NCBI GenBank assembly: GCA_030059665.1
Contig: JANVYR010000002.1
Location: 384,001 to 448,000, forward strand
Length of the DNA stretch: 64,000 bases
Direction: 5' to 3'
From: Candidatus Calditenuis fumarioli
Lineage (GTDB): Archaea; Thermoproteota; Nitrososphaeria_A; Caldarchaeales; Calditenuaceae
Shown here: in pieces, positions 17,453-27,251 of the stretch
Position numbering within the stretch: position 1 is the stretch's first letter
Layout: each line of letters opens with the position of its first letter
Made by a program: the position numbers and the translations under genes
The notes under the pieces: generated by a model
Told to the model about the DNA's origin: nothing
The model's database searches: none
Seen by the model: only the letters and a program-made list of their open reading frames with translations

Positions 17453-17911
17453 TTATGCGAAGACGAGCTTCAGCAGAATTCCAATAACCGCCAGCAGAAT
17501 CGGCAGGTTGAATGCAATGAAGAGCTTGACGAAGAGGTTCATCTGACCCTCCAGCCTCGACAACCTGGTCTCGATGGAGTTTACCCTGTTCTCGAGCGCC
17601 GCGATCCTGTTCTCCAAGGCATCGATCCTCCTCTCGAGGGAGTCAATTCTCCTTTCGAGCGAGTCAATTCTCTTCTCGAGCCTCGATATCTCCCTCTCGA
17701 TCAGAGCCTTCAGGTTGTCCTCAACCCTCTTGATATCGGCCTTGAGCTCAGCCCGTAGCGTTTCGAGGTCCCTCTTGGTCGCTACGTCCGCCAGAACCGC
17801 GTTGATTATCGCCAACCTCACCTCACCGTCGGTAACCAAGATCTCGGCGAGTCTCCTCCTTGCCTCTTGATCCCTCTCGAGCTCCTCGATCAGCTTCTCG
17901 GCTATCGACAC
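17453..17911 (-). CDS. membrane-anchored coiled-coil protein (DUF1640/CCDC90-like)
   Basis: VATKRDL motif, RIDSLER-type heptads, C-terminal TM helix. Confidence 0.75.
   Translation of the reverse strand: MSIAEKLIEELERDQEARRRLAEILVTDGEVRLAIINAVLADVATKRDLETLRAELKADIKRVEDNLKALIEREISRLEKRIDSLERRIDSLERRIDALENRIAALENRVNSIETRLSRLEGQMNLFVKLFIAFNLPILLAVIGILLKLVFA
17591..17695. repeat. five imperfect 21-bp tandem repeats encoding heptads
   Basis: units such as CTCGAGGGAGTCAATTCTCCT / TTCGAGCGAGTCAATTCTCTT. Confidence 0.75.
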
Positions 17912-17986
17912 CGGAACCCAACGCGTTGTGACGGTTAATAACGTTTCACATGGTATTGTCGGACATGGGTCCTGCCGAGATCTCCG

Positions 17987-18829
17987 TCACTGCGCCCTCC
18001 TCGTCACGTCGCTGAGCCTTAACCTCAGCCAAGCAAGGACCATCGCGAGCGCCGTGTATGCCGCAGCGTTCAGCAGCAGAAGTTCCACCGAGACGCCCCC
18101 GGAAAGACCGGAAAGGGGCCCGAACGCTCCAGCAGGAAGACCTGTGCCCGAAAGGCCCCGCAGGACGACCTCGGAGGTCAGCCTGACCGATCCCCAGGTG
18201 GGCAGGTACCGAGTCAGCTCCAGGAGCGCCCTGTCACCGGTGAAGGTTGCGATCACGTTGGCGTAGCTCTCGAAGATGTAGGAGCCGAAGAAGACCAGCG
18301 TCGAGAGCACCGTGGAGAGCATCCCCCTGCGGAGGCCCTCGCTCAGGGCCAGGCCGATGGCGTAGAAAGGTAGCGCGGCGGCGATCGACGCGGGGAGGGC
18401 CGTGAGCAGCAGGTCGAGCCGCGACTGGGAACCGAAGGCGAACCAGGAGATCCCGACGGAGAAGGCGGTGTAGCTCAAAACGATCGAGCAGACGAGCGCC
18501 AGCCCTCCCAGGACCTTGCCGGCGTAGTACTCGGACCTGGATATGGGGCGGGTCAGCCAGAAGTCGGCCGTACCTGCCTCGTACTCGTCCGAGAAGACCG
18601 TGGAACCGATCATGAGGGATGTGACCTGGACCAGCCCGATGGTGGGCGCGAGGAACCCCACCACCCAGACGTAGGGCGACAGAGGCCCGGTCAGAGACGG
18701 AGGCATCCTCGTGAGCACGAAGTAGAGCCCTGCCTCGGTGAGGAAGACCGCTGCCGTCAGGATCAGGACCCTCTTCTTTGCCATGACCCTGCGGAGCTCG
18801 TACCCTATCAGGACGTCAACCGCGCCCAA
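17987..18829 (-). CDS. ABC-2 type transporter permease
   Basis: FSDEYEAGTADFWLTRPISRSEYYAGK; six TMs. Confidence 0.85.
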   Translation of the reverse strand: MGAVDVLIGYELRRVMAKKRVLILTAAVFLTEAGLYFVLTRMPPSLTGPLSPYVWVVGFLAPTIGLVQVTSLMIGSTVFSDEYEAGTADFWLTRPISRSEYYAGKVLGGLALVCSIVLSYTAFSVGISWFAFGSQSRLDLLLTALPASIAAALPFYAIGLALSEGLRRGMLSTVLSTLVFFGSYIFESYANVIATFTGDRALLELTRYLPTWGSVRLTSEVVLRGLSGTGLPAGAFGPLSGLSGGVSVELLLLNAAAYTALAMVLAWLRLRLSDVTRRAQ

Positions 18830-19766
18830 CGGTCCTCACCCTCTCCATGAAGACCTCCTCCAACGAGGGCCTCTCCGTCCTGAGCTCCAGCAGACCGCAT
18901 CCCGAGAGGACGATCCGCTCAGCAATCGCGTCCCTCACGTCCGTAGAGTTGTCCGAGAACACGGTGAGGGAGTTGCCCTCAACCCTGACGTCCCTCACGC
19001 CCTCGATCCTCCGGATGGCTTCGACGACTCCGTCTCCCGGCGCGACCCTCGTGACGACCCTCACCCGCAGTCCCCCGGCGCCGTTCAGAATTTCATCGAT
19101 GCCTCCCTCCATCACGGTCTTCCCGAGGTACACCATGCCGACCCTGGTGGCGAGCCGCTCGACCTCGTACAGCTCGTGCGACGAGAAGACGACCGTCTTT
19201 CCGGTTCTGCTGACCTCCCTCAGGACCTCCCTGATCTGGACCCGGCCAACGGGGTCAACGCCGAGCATCGGCTCGTCCAGGACCAGCAGCTCGGGGTCGC
19301 CGATCAGCGCCTGGCCTATCGAGAGACGCTGGACCATCCCCTTCGAGAAGTTGCCCACCCTCCGGTCGGCGTGGTTCACGAGTCCGGTCAGGTCAAGTAC
19401 CCTCTCGACCTCGCGCTTCAGGTCTTCCCCCCTGAGGCCCCTGAGTTTTCCGGTCACCTCGAGGACCTGGCGCGCCGAGAGAAAGGCCGGGAAGTTGGGG
19501 AGCTCCGGCGAGTAGCCCAGCAGCGAGTTGACCCTCTTCGCCTCCCTCCAAGGGTCCATGCCGAAGACCTCGACCCTCCCGGAGGTGGGTTTCAGCAACC
19601 CGAGAACCGCCCGGAGCGTGGTGGTCTTCCCGGAGCCGTTGGGACCGACGAAACCGTAGACGTCGCCCTTTCCCACCCTCAGGCTGATGGGACCGACCTC
19701 TCCGCCGTCGGCGTACCTCTTCACCAGACGCTCGACGAGGATGACCTCTCCACGGCTCAAGGCCAT
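18816..19766 (-). CDS. ABC transporter ATP-binding protein
   Basis: GPNGSGKTT, FSKGMVQRL, LLVLDEP, SSH. Confidence 0.93.
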   Translation of the reverse strand: MALSRGEVILVERLVKRYADGGEVGPISLRVGKGDVYGFVGPNGSGKTTTLRAVLGLLKPTSGRVEVFGMDPWREAKRVNSLLGYSPELPNFPAFLSARQVLEVTGKLRGLRGEDLKREVERVLDLTGLVNHADRRVGNFSKGMVQRLSIGQALIGDPELLVLDEPMLGVDPVGRVQIREVLREVSRTGKTVVFSSHELYEVERLATRVGMVYLGKTVMEGGIDEILNGAGGLRVRVVTRVAPGDGVVEAIRRIEGVRDVRVEGNSLTVFSDNSTDVRDAIAERIVLSGCGLLELRTERPSLEEVFMERVRTVGRG

Positions 19767-20650
19767 TAGACGTAGTGGGGTTTGGAGACGGCTGCGGACG
19801 ACCTCCTGGGTCTCCTCAGCAGCCCCAAAGACGCAACGGATCCGATGGCCGCGAGCCCTATCGCGGTTATCGCTATCACCCTCGTAGTCGGGTCCTCAAA
19901 GGCCGCCTTCGGAGAGCCCTTCGTGCCCTGTGTGCCCTGAGCGTTCGTCGGTGACGGAGGCTGCTGTCCCGAAGGGAGCCCCATCGCACCGATCCACCTG
20001 GACAGGTCGGACGATCCAGGGGCGAGCAGAGAGGGCGTCAGGGATGCGAGCGCGGTCACGTCACCTGCCTGTCCGGTGCTCACGACCCGTGTCAGGTCGA
20101 GGTTGGTGTCGACGAGCTGCGCGGTGAAGCGCGCCCCGCCGGAACCTCCACCGGTCGCTGTCAGGTCAACGGCGTAGATCGCTCCCGACCCGGAGATCAG
20201 CTCGACGGTCCCCACGACGGTGAGGGAGGCGTTGCGCGACTCGACAACCACCCTCAACGAGTAGAGCTCGGTCTCGTAGGTCTTCCCGCCGACGGTCCTC
20301 GAGCCGGTGCCGGTCCTAACCACACTGACCGAGAGGTGTTGACCGTCCTTTGTGTAGGAGAAGCTCCCGGACTCGGGGAGGCGGAGCGTCGGAACCGCGA
20401 ACGCAGAGCTGGGGACGTTCTTCTCGAACGTGAGGAGGCCGTCGTTGAACGTAGCCTCGAGCCTGAGCCTGATCGATCCCTCCCCGACCGCATTGACGAC
20501 CGCCACCTTGACCTTTCCCTCCGCGGACCTCTCACCGGCGCTCAGCGAGTACCTGTACTCGTAGAAGCTGCCCGGTTGGACGTCGGCCATTGCGGTGACG
20601 AGCGACGTTAGGAAGAGCGCAACCGTTAGGAGGAGCCAGAACCGCCTCAT
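19766..20650 (-). CDS. exported membrane-anchored hypothetical protein
   Basis: signal peptide, beta-rich body, C-terminal TM; first gene of the ABC operon. Confidence 0.7.
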   Translation of the reverse strand: MRRFWLLLTVALFLTSLVTAMADVQPGSFYEYRYSLSAGERSAEGKVKVAVVNAVGEGSIRLRLEATFNDGLLTFEKNVPSSAFAVPTLRLPESGSFSYTKDGQHLSVSVVRTGTGSRTVGGKTYETELYSLRVVVESRNASLTVVGTVELISGSGAIYAVDLTATGGGSGGARFTAQLVDTNLDLTRVVSTGQAGDVTALASLTPSLLAPGSSDLSRWIGAMGLPSGQQPPSPTNAQGTQGTKGSPKAAFEDPTTRVIAITAIGLAAIGSVASLGLLRRPRRSSAAVSKPHYV

Positions 20651-20695
20651 CTGCACTCCGTTTCCTCCGTGTGGCTATAACGTTTTGCCAGACCA

Positions 20696-22099
20696 TCACA
20701 GCATTATCCCTGGGTTCAGGATCCAGTTCGGGTCGAAGAGCGACTTGATCCGCCTCATCAGCTCGAGGGCCTCGCCGTGCTGGAGCGCCATGAAGTCCTT
20801 CTTCTCGATGCCTATCCCGTGCTCCGCTGAGGCCGCACCGCCCACGCTGATCGCGTACTCCACCAGCTCCCGGTTCGCCTGCATCGCCCTCCTCCACGAG
20901 TCGGTGTCCCTCCCCTCCGGAAGCCAGTTGGTGTGAACGTTCCCGTCGCCGAGGTGGCCGGCTACGCCCGTCCGGACACCGTACTTCTCCCCGAGCTCGT
21001 AGGACTTCCTCACCACGTCCAAGAGTTTCGAGAGGGGGACGATCACGTCTCCGGTTATCGGCGAAGGGGTCGCCCTCGTCACGGATGGGTAGAGGGCCTT
21101 CCTCGCCTCCCATATCCGCTGGACCTCCTCGTCCGTCCTCGGGACCTCGAGCCTCGAGGCTCCCATCTCCCTGATCACCGAGACGGCAGCCTCCGCCTCC
21201 TCCATCACGCCTGCGCGGGAGTAGCCGTGGAACTCGACGATCAGCATGCACTCGTGGGTGGGCAAGACTATCCCCGACCACCTCGAGATCAGATCCATGT
21301 GGACCCTGTCGAGGAACTCCATCGCCGCAGGCTCGAGCCCCTCCTGCCTGACCGCGTTGATGGCCGAGACGCCGGCCTCGATCGAGTCGAAGTACGCCGC
21401 GAACGTGTACCTCGCCCTGGGAAGTCGCCTCAGCCGGAGCGTCACCTCCGTCACCACGCCCAGCGTCCCCTCGGACCCGACGAGGAGCCTGACCAGGTCG
21501 TACCCGACCGAGCTCTTGAAGACGTTGGCGCCCAGCCTCAGCAGTCGCCCGTCCGGCAGCGCGACCCTCAGCGAGAGCACGTAATCCCTCGTGACGCCGT
21601 ACTTGACCGCCCTCAGACCCGAGGCGTTGTTGGCGACCATGCCTCCTATCGTGCAGGACCTGCTGCTTCCCGGATCGGGAGGGAAGAAGAGGCCGTGCGG
21701 CTCGAGCAACCTGTTCAGGTGGTCGTAGACGATCCCCGGCTCGACGACGGCCTGGAAGTCAACCGGCCTCACCTCGAGCAACCTGTCCATCTTCATCATG
21801 TTCATCAGTATCCCGCCGTAGACCGGAACGCAGGCCCCGGCCAGTCCCGTTCCAGCCCCCCTCACGTAGACTGGTATCCTCCGCTCGTTCGCGTACCTCA
21901 GGACGTCGGCGACCTCCTCACCGCTCTCCGGCCACACGACGACCTCCGGCAGGTGCGGTTCACCGGGGAAGGCGTCCAGCGAGTTGGTTACCAGGTCGTA
22001 CTCCTCGGTCGAGACGTCCTCGGGCCCCAGCCTCGACCTGAGCCACCCGAGGTCCCCTTGGGTCACCTTCGAGTAACCCGACGGCCCGGCCATTCTCAC
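20696..22099 (-). CDS. FAD-binding oxidoreductase (GlcD / D-lactate dehydrogenase family)
   Basis: RGAGTGLAG, FFPPDPGS, TIGGMVANNASG, GSEGTLGVVTE, GHLGDGNVH, EHGIG, LNPG. Confidence 0.92.
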   Translation of the reverse strand: MRMAGPSGYSKVTQGDLGWLRSRLGPEDVSTEEYDLVTNSLDAFPGEPHLPEVVVWPESGEEVADVLRYANERRIPVYVRGAGTGLAGACVPVYGGILMNMMKMDRLLEVRPVDFQAVVEPGIVYDHLNRLLEPHGLFFPPDPGSSRSCTIGGMVANNASGLRAVKYGVTRDYVLSLRVALPDGRLLRLGANVFKSSVGYDLVRLLVGSEGTLGVVTEVTLRLRRLPRARYTFAAYFDSIEAGVSAINAVRQEGLEPAAMEFLDRVHMDLISRWSGIVLPTHECMLIVEFHGYSRAGVMEEAEAAVSVIREMGASRLEVPRTDEEVQRIWEARKALYPSVTRATPSPITGDVIVPLSKLLDVVRKSYELGEKYGVRTGVAGHLGDGNVHTNWLPEGRDTDSWRRAMQANRELVEYAISVGGAASAEHGIGIEKKDFMALQHGEALELMRRIKSLFDPNWILNPGIML

Positions 22100-22473
22100 T
22101 TTTCCTCCGAGAGGTACTTGCGGAGGTCCTTCACCTCGCCGTGCCGCAGTATCCTCACCGAGGTCTCGACCCTCACCGGTATGCCGACCTCACGGAAGAG
22201 CCTCAGCAGGTCCCCCGAGTCGATGGGTGTAACGAGCCTGCCCGATTTTACGGCCCTGAGCAAAGCCTCCGCGATCCTCTCGGTCAGGGCCCTGTTCATC
22301 GAAGCCGCCTCCTCCAGGACCTCCGGGCCCCTCTCGTCGAGGTAACGCTTCAGCTCCTCCAGCGGGTCCTCCCTCTTGACGGGTTGCTGCGCGGTTTCGG
22401 GCGCCTTCGCTGCCAGGAGCTGCCTCATCTTCCGGAGCCTTATCATTTTGAGCTCGAGGTCCTCGTCGCTCAT
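22096..22473 (-). CDS. PDCD5-like double-stranded DNA-binding protein
   Basis: MSDEDLELKMIRLRKMRQL... pattern; ATG at 22473. Confidence 0.7.
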   Translation of the reverse strand: MSDEDLELKMIRLRKMRQLLAAKAPETAQQPVKREDPLEELKRYLDERGPEVLEEAASMNRALTERIAEALLRAVKSGRLVTPIDSGDLLRLFREVGIPVRVETSVRILRHGEVKDLRKYLSEEK

Positions 22474-22641
22474 GCCGACCGACCTGGGGAGCCGGGGGTT
22501 ATCAGGGTTACCTCGGCATCGGCACCAGCTGGCGCATCCGAAACCTCGTGCGTTGCGAGGCGATCGCAATAAAGGGCACGAGTCGCCGATCTTCTCTTGT
22601 CCGCTTTTTCTGCTATTGTGGAGACAAGATAACAATCTGCC

Positions 22642-22728
22642 CGCCGGGGGCGGGATTTGAACCCGCGCGGGCCTCATCGGCCCAGTGGCTTAGCAGGCCA
22701 CCCCCCTACCGGGCTAGGGAACCCCGGC
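22642..22728 (-). tRNA. tRNA-Ser(GCT)
   Basis: GCCGGGG/CCCCGGC acceptor stem, GTGGC-CTGCTAA-GCCAC anticodon arm, long variable arm, GGTTCAAATCC; CCA not encoded. Confidence 0.95.
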
Positions 22729-22912
22729 AAAGGCCTCCTAACCCCCAGATCGAGACCCTTCTGATAAACCGGCATCCCGGAGCCCACGCGCTCCCCACCG
22801 GCGACCGACGGGACCGGCCGTCCACTGGCCTACTGAGGGATATCGACGGCGCACCCGGCCGCTCTCGTGCGCAAACCGGGTACATTCCCCCAGCAAAGCT
22901 TATAGCGGATGA

Positions 22913-24910
22913 TTGGGGGCCATCCGGCATCGCAGGTTAATTAGCGGGATCTGGGGGGCGCCAGCGGCGAGGAACCGATTGGTCCGAAAGCCCCCTGGCT
23001 TGCCGGCGGAAGTCCGGCCTGCTGGGAACAGAACTCTCGCGGAGAAGCTGGACCCGGAGTGGTGGGCCAGGATCTTCGACGGCCTCTATCTGGTCACGGA
23101 CGGCGACATCGCGCTGAACGAGTCCCTCACGCGGTACGAGGTCGACGTGATCACGGAGGTGCTAGGGATCGAGAGGGACGACGCGATCCTGGACCTCTGC
23201 TGCGGCAACGGGAGGCACTCGATCGAGCTGGCCAGGAGGGGCTACAGGAACGTGGTGGGGCTCGACTACTCGGGCGAGCTGCTGCGCGTGGCGAGGAAGC
23301 GCGCTGAGGAGGAGGGCCTCAGGGTCAGGTTCAAGCAGGGAGACGCCCGGAACCTGCCCTTCCCATCTGGCACCTTCGACGCGGTCATAATGATGGGCAA
23401 CAGCTTTGGGTACTTCGCCGATCCACTCGACGACCTCAGGGTCCTGAGGGAGGTGCACAGGGTTCTGAGGCCCTACGGGAAGTTCCTGATAGACGTCGCC
23501 GACGGCGAGTACCTCCGGAGGAGCTTCGAGAGGCTCAGCGTGGAGCGGCTCCACGACGGCCTCCTGGTGATCAGGGAGAGGGAGCTTGACGAGCACGGCA
23601 GGAGGCTCGTGACGAGGGAGCTCGTGATCGACGGCGGCCAGCAGGTGATCGCCGACAGGGTCTACGCTGTGAGGCTGTACGATCGCTCCTCACTTAGGAC
23701 GCTGCTGATGCGTGCGGGCTTCACCGGCGTCCTCCTCGCGTCGAGGCTCAGGTACGAACCAGCGGACCGAGACCCTGGGATGATGAAAAGCCGGTTGCTG
23801 TTCGTCTCCTACGCGGAGAAACCTGAGACCAAGGAACCACTGAACGGGAGGAACGGGAACCTCGTGGTGGTTCTGCTGGGAGATCCCAGGATCCCGAACC
23901 CCGTCAAGCCAGGAGGGCTCTTCGATGACGACGACGAGCTGGCGGTGTGCGAGCTGAAGCACGCGCTCCTCGGGATAAAGGGCTACAGGTTCGTCTTCCT
24001 CGACGACCACTCGAAGTTCGTCGAGTTCCTCTCCGCCAACAGAACGAGCATCCACATGGTCCTGAACCTCTGCGACGACGGGTTCGGGAACGACCCCTCG
24101 ATGGAGGCCCACGTCCCTGCGCTCCTCGAGATGCTGGGGCTGAGATACACCGGTGCAGGGCCGAGGTGTCTGACGCTCTGCTACGACAAGTCGGCGGTGA
24201 AGCTGATCGCCTCCTCGATGGGCATACCGGTCCCGTGGCACGCGCTGATCCCGGAGGGCTCGGAGGAGGTCCCGAGCTCGGTGAGGTACCCTGCTCTGGT
24301 AAAGCCCAACTTCGCTGACAACAGCTGGGGCATCACGGAGCGGAGCCTAGTCAGGAACAGGGAGGAGCTGAGGGCCGCCGTGAGGGAACTCAGGACCAGC
24401 TGGGGTTACAGGGGGCCGATACTCGTGGAGGAGTACGTCGATGGCATGGATCTGACCGTGTCGATAGTTGGCAACCCGCCGGACGACGTGGTGCTGCCCA
24501 TCCTCACCGAGGACTACTCCGGTCTGCCCGACGGCCTCCCCAGGATCCTGACGTACGCCGCCAAGTGGTTGCCCGACTCGCCATACGGAAGGGTGCGATC
24601 AGTCCCGGCGGAGGTACCGGAGCAGCTCAGGGCCCAGCTCGTGAGGTGGAGCAGGTCGCTCTTCGTCAGGCTCGGCTGCAGGGACTACGCGAGGTTCGAC
24701 TGGAGGCTCGGGCGCGACGGGGTGCCAAGGCTTCTGGAGGCCAACCCGAACCCCGGCTGGGTCTGGGACGGACACCTGAGGAGGGCCTGCCAGTACCACG
24801 GCTGGAGCTACCGACGCATGCTCCTCGAGATCCTGGCGGCCGCGGAGCGGAGGTACGCCTCGTCCCAGCAGGGCCACGGAGCGAGTCGGGTGACGGCCCG
24901 GGTCAGATGA
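22913..24910 (+). CDS. class I SAM methyltransferase fused to a D-Ala-D-Ala ligase-like ATP-grasp domain
   Basis: LDLCCGNGRH, QGDARNLPF; then LNLCDDG, YTGAGP...DKS, VKPNFADNSWGI, VEEYVDG, YARFDWR, LEANPNP; start probably near 23000. Confidence 0.85.
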   Translation: MGAIRHRRLISGIWGAPAARNRLVRKPPGLPAEVRPAGNRTLAEKLDPEWWARIFDGLYLVTDGDIALNESLTRYEVDVITEVLGIERDDAILDLCCGNGRHSIELARRGYRNVVGLDYSGELLRVARKRAEEEGLRVRFKQGDARNLPFPSGTFDAVIMMGNSFGYFADPLDDLRVLREVHRVLRPYGKFLIDVADGEYLRRSFERLSVERLHDGLLVIRERELDEHGRRLVTRELVIDGGQQVIADRVYAVRLYDRSSLRTLLMRAGFTGVLLASRLRYEPADRDPGMMKSRLLFVSYAEKPETKEPLNGRNGNLVVVLLGDPRIPNPVKPGGLFDDDDELAVCELKHALLGIKGYRFVFLDDHSKFVEFLSANRTSIHMVLNLCDDGFGNDPSMEAHVPALLEMLGLRYTGAGPRCLTLCYDKSAVKLIASSMGIPVPWHALIPEGSEEVPSSVRYPALVKPNFADNSWGITERSLVRNREELRAAVRELRTSWGYRGPILVEEYVDGMDLTVSIVGNPPDDVVLPILTEDYSGLPDGLPRILTYAAKWLPDSPYGRVRSVPAEVPEQLRAQLVRWSRSLFVRLGCRDYARFDWRLGRDGVPRLLEANPNPGWVWDGHLRRACQYHGWSYRRMLLEILAAAERRYASSQQGHGASRVTARVR

Positions 24911-25055
24911 AAGTATCCCACGTCGTCCGGCTCCGGTGACGTTTATAGCTCTGCAATGGATGGGATTTGTGAGACCGGACAACATGAGGAAAGGGCCGCG
25001 CTCCCTGAACTGGCCGGTCACCGCTTCCAGCTCGTAGGGAGAGGGTGCTTCGTCC

Positions 25056-26303
25056 ATGTCGAAGAGGGATTCCGTATCGATCTACAAGTTCAAGCGCTTC
25101 ATCGAGGAGCTGGAGAAGAAGGAGGGGAGGGGCACAGAGCTGGTGACGCTGTACATCCCCCCGGGCAAGAGGGTTGACGAGGTGATCGGGTACCTGAGGC
25201 AGGAGTACGCGACGGCCTCCAACATCAAGTCGAAGAGCACGAGGAAGAACGTCATGTCGGCCATCGAGAGCGCCATCCAGCGCCTCAAGCTGTACCGCGA
25301 GATCGGGCCCAACGGCCTCATCATCTTCAGCGGCGCCATACCCGAGGGAGGTCAGGGCACGGAGAAGATCGAGGTCTACGACGTGATCCCGCCGGAGCCG
25401 ATCAACACCTTCCTCTACCGCTGCGACAGCAAGTTCTACCTCGAGCCGCTGAAGGAGCTGCTGAAGGAGAGGGACGTATACGGCGTGCTGGTGATAGACA
25501 ACGAGGAGGCGGCGATCGCGGTCCTGAAGGGAAGGAAGATCGTGGAGCTGAAGACCTACACCTCGGGCGTTCCGGGGAAGCACAGCGCCGGTGGTCAGTC
25601 GGCCAGAAGGTTCGAGAGGCTCCGGGAGCAGGCTCTGGAGGAGTACTACAAACGTGTCGGCGAGCACGCCAACGAGATCTTCCTCTCCTACCCCGAGCTT
25701 AAGGCCGTGATAATCGCAGGGCCCGGACCGACGAAGGAGATCTTCGCAGAGGGCGGGTACCTCCACTACACGCTGCGCGACAAGGTGAAGGTGGTTGACA
25801 CCTCGTACTCCGGGGAGGAGGGGGTCAGGGAGGCGATAGAGAGGGCTGCGGAGGAACTCAGGGAGCTGAGGCTCGTCGAGGAGAGGAGGATAGTGGACAA
25901 CGTCATGAGGCTCGCCATCAGCGGCTCCGGCGTCGTCTACGGAGAGCGTCAGGTCCGGGAGGCACTCGCGAAGGGGGAGCTGAGGACGCTGGTGGTTGTG
26001 GAGGAGCTGGACAGGTACGAGGTCACGCTGGAGTGCTCCAAGTGCGGCCACGTGGAGAAGCTCACGCTCTCGTCCGACGAGATGGTCTCCACCCTCCCGA
26101 AGCGCCTCGGAGAGCCCTGCCCCAAGTGCGGGAACGTTGCCCTTGTCAACAGGGGCGAGGAGCCGCTGGTGGACGTGCTGATACGAGAGGCCGAGGCCGT
26201 TGGGACCAAGGTCGAGCTGATCTCCTCCGACCACGAGGCAGGCGAGATGTTCCTGAGGATGTTCGGCGGCATCGCGGGCGTTTTGAAGTCGGCGCAGCAA
26301 TGA
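25056..26303 (+). CDS. prf1: peptide chain release factor aRF1
   Basis: ASNIKS, YRCDSKF, GKHSAGGQSARRF. Confidence 0.97.
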   Translation: MSKRDSVSIYKFKRFIEELEKKEGRGTELVTLYIPPGKRVDEVIGYLRQEYATASNIKSKSTRKNVMSAIESAIQRLKLYREIGPNGLIIFSGAIPEGGQGTEKIEVYDVIPPEPINTFLYRCDSKFYLEPLKELLKERDVYGVLVIDNEEAAIAVLKGRKIVELKTYTSGVPGKHSAGGQSARRFERLREQALEEYYKRVGEHANEIFLSYPELKAVIIAGPGPTKEIFAEGGYLHYTLRDKVKVVDTSYSGEEGVREAIERAAEELRELRLVEERRIVDNVMRLAISGSGVVYGERQVREALAKGELRTLVVVEELDRYEVTLECSKCGHVEKLTLSSDEMVSTLPKRLGEPCPKCGNVALVNRGEEPLVDVLIREAEAVGTKVELISSDHEAGEMFLRMFGGIAGVLKSAQQ

Positions 26304-26905
26304 GCTCGACCGGCCCCGAAGAGGGCGCACGGTTCTACAAACCTGCGGAGGACACCTGGCTGCTGATGGACTGCCTCCTCTCGGACAGGAGAAACCGGGT
26401 GACCAGGGCGGTGGACGTGGGATGCGGGACAGGGGCCGTGACGGAGGCCCTCCTTCAGCTTTCCGACGAGGTGTTGGCGGTGGACGTGGACGTGGGCGCG
26501 CTGATCGAGCTGAGGTCCAGGCTGAAGGGGTCGCTGGAGAGGATCGAGACCGTAGCCGCCGACAAGCTCTCCTTCCTCAGGCCCGGCTGCAGGATAGAGC
26601 TGATCGCATCCAACCCGCCCTACCTGCCCTACTCCGGAGATGAGCCCTTCGATCCGACGATCCACTCGGGACCCGAAGGGACGGAGTTCGCAAGGGACCT
26701 GATCGCTTCGGCCCTCCGGCTCCTGGGATGCGGCTGGGAGGCCTACGTGATCGCCTCGTCGCTCTCCCGCCTCGACGATCTCATCGATTGGGTCTGCTCG
26801 CTCGGCCTCCGGGTTACGGTCCTGGCCAGAAGGCGCCGGTTCTTCGAGGACATTCTCTGCCTCAGGGTGACATGTGACCGGTCAGGTTCGGTGCATGAAA
26901 GATAA
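26300..26905 (+). CDS. HemK/Mtq2-like release-factor glutamine methyltransferase
   Basis: YKPAEDTWLL, DVGCGTG, SNPPYLP; overlaps the aRF1 stop. Confidence 0.85.
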   Translation: MSSTGPEEGARFYKPAEDTWLLMDCLLSDRRNRVTRAVDVGCGTGAVTEALLQLSDEVLAVDVDVGALIELRSRLKGSLERIETVAADKLSFLRPGCRIELIASNPPYLPYSGDEPFDPTIHSGPEGTEFARDLIASALRLLGCGWEAYVIASSLSRLDDLIDWVCSLGLRVTVLARRRRFFEDILCLRVTCDRSGSVHER

Positions 26906-26938
26906 CTTTTTTAGTGATCGCCGCGTAGACCGCTTACA

Positions 26939-27199
26939 ATGGAGACGGCTCAGAGGAGGCTAACCCACAGGGGCCACGTCATGGAGACCCCTGAGGGCGA
27001 GCTCCTGCTAGTGAACGAGAGCGGCGTGGCGTACAGGGTGAACGAGTCGGTCGTAGCTGTCTGGAGCCTGTTCGAGGACAAGACGGTGGACGAGGTGGTG
27101 GAGGAGGTATCGAAGGAGCTGCAGATAGACCCGGAGGAGATAAGGCAGGCGATCGCTGACCTCGCGGAGCAGCTGATCCAGGCCGAGCTCTTGGCGTAA
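26939..27199 (+). CDS. PqqD-family (RiPP recognition element) small protein
   Basis: beta hairpin LLLVN...YRVNESVVAVWSLF followed by acidic helices; 86 aa. Confidence 0.65.
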   Translation: METAQRRLTHRGHVMETPEGELLLVNESGVAYRVNESVVAVWSLFEDKTVDEVVEEVSKELQIDPEEIRQAIADLAEQLIQAELLA

Positions 27200-27251
27200 A
27201 GGGCAACGGGCTTCAGTCAGTAGCACGAGTTTGTTTTCCAGTTTCTCCCCC

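Noticed and set aside
24973-25019. C/D-like segment (ATGAGGA...CTGA inside a GACCGG/CCGGTC stem) upstream of prf1
   Set aside because: Only one guide, no convincing D'/C' pair, and the stem is offset from the boxes.
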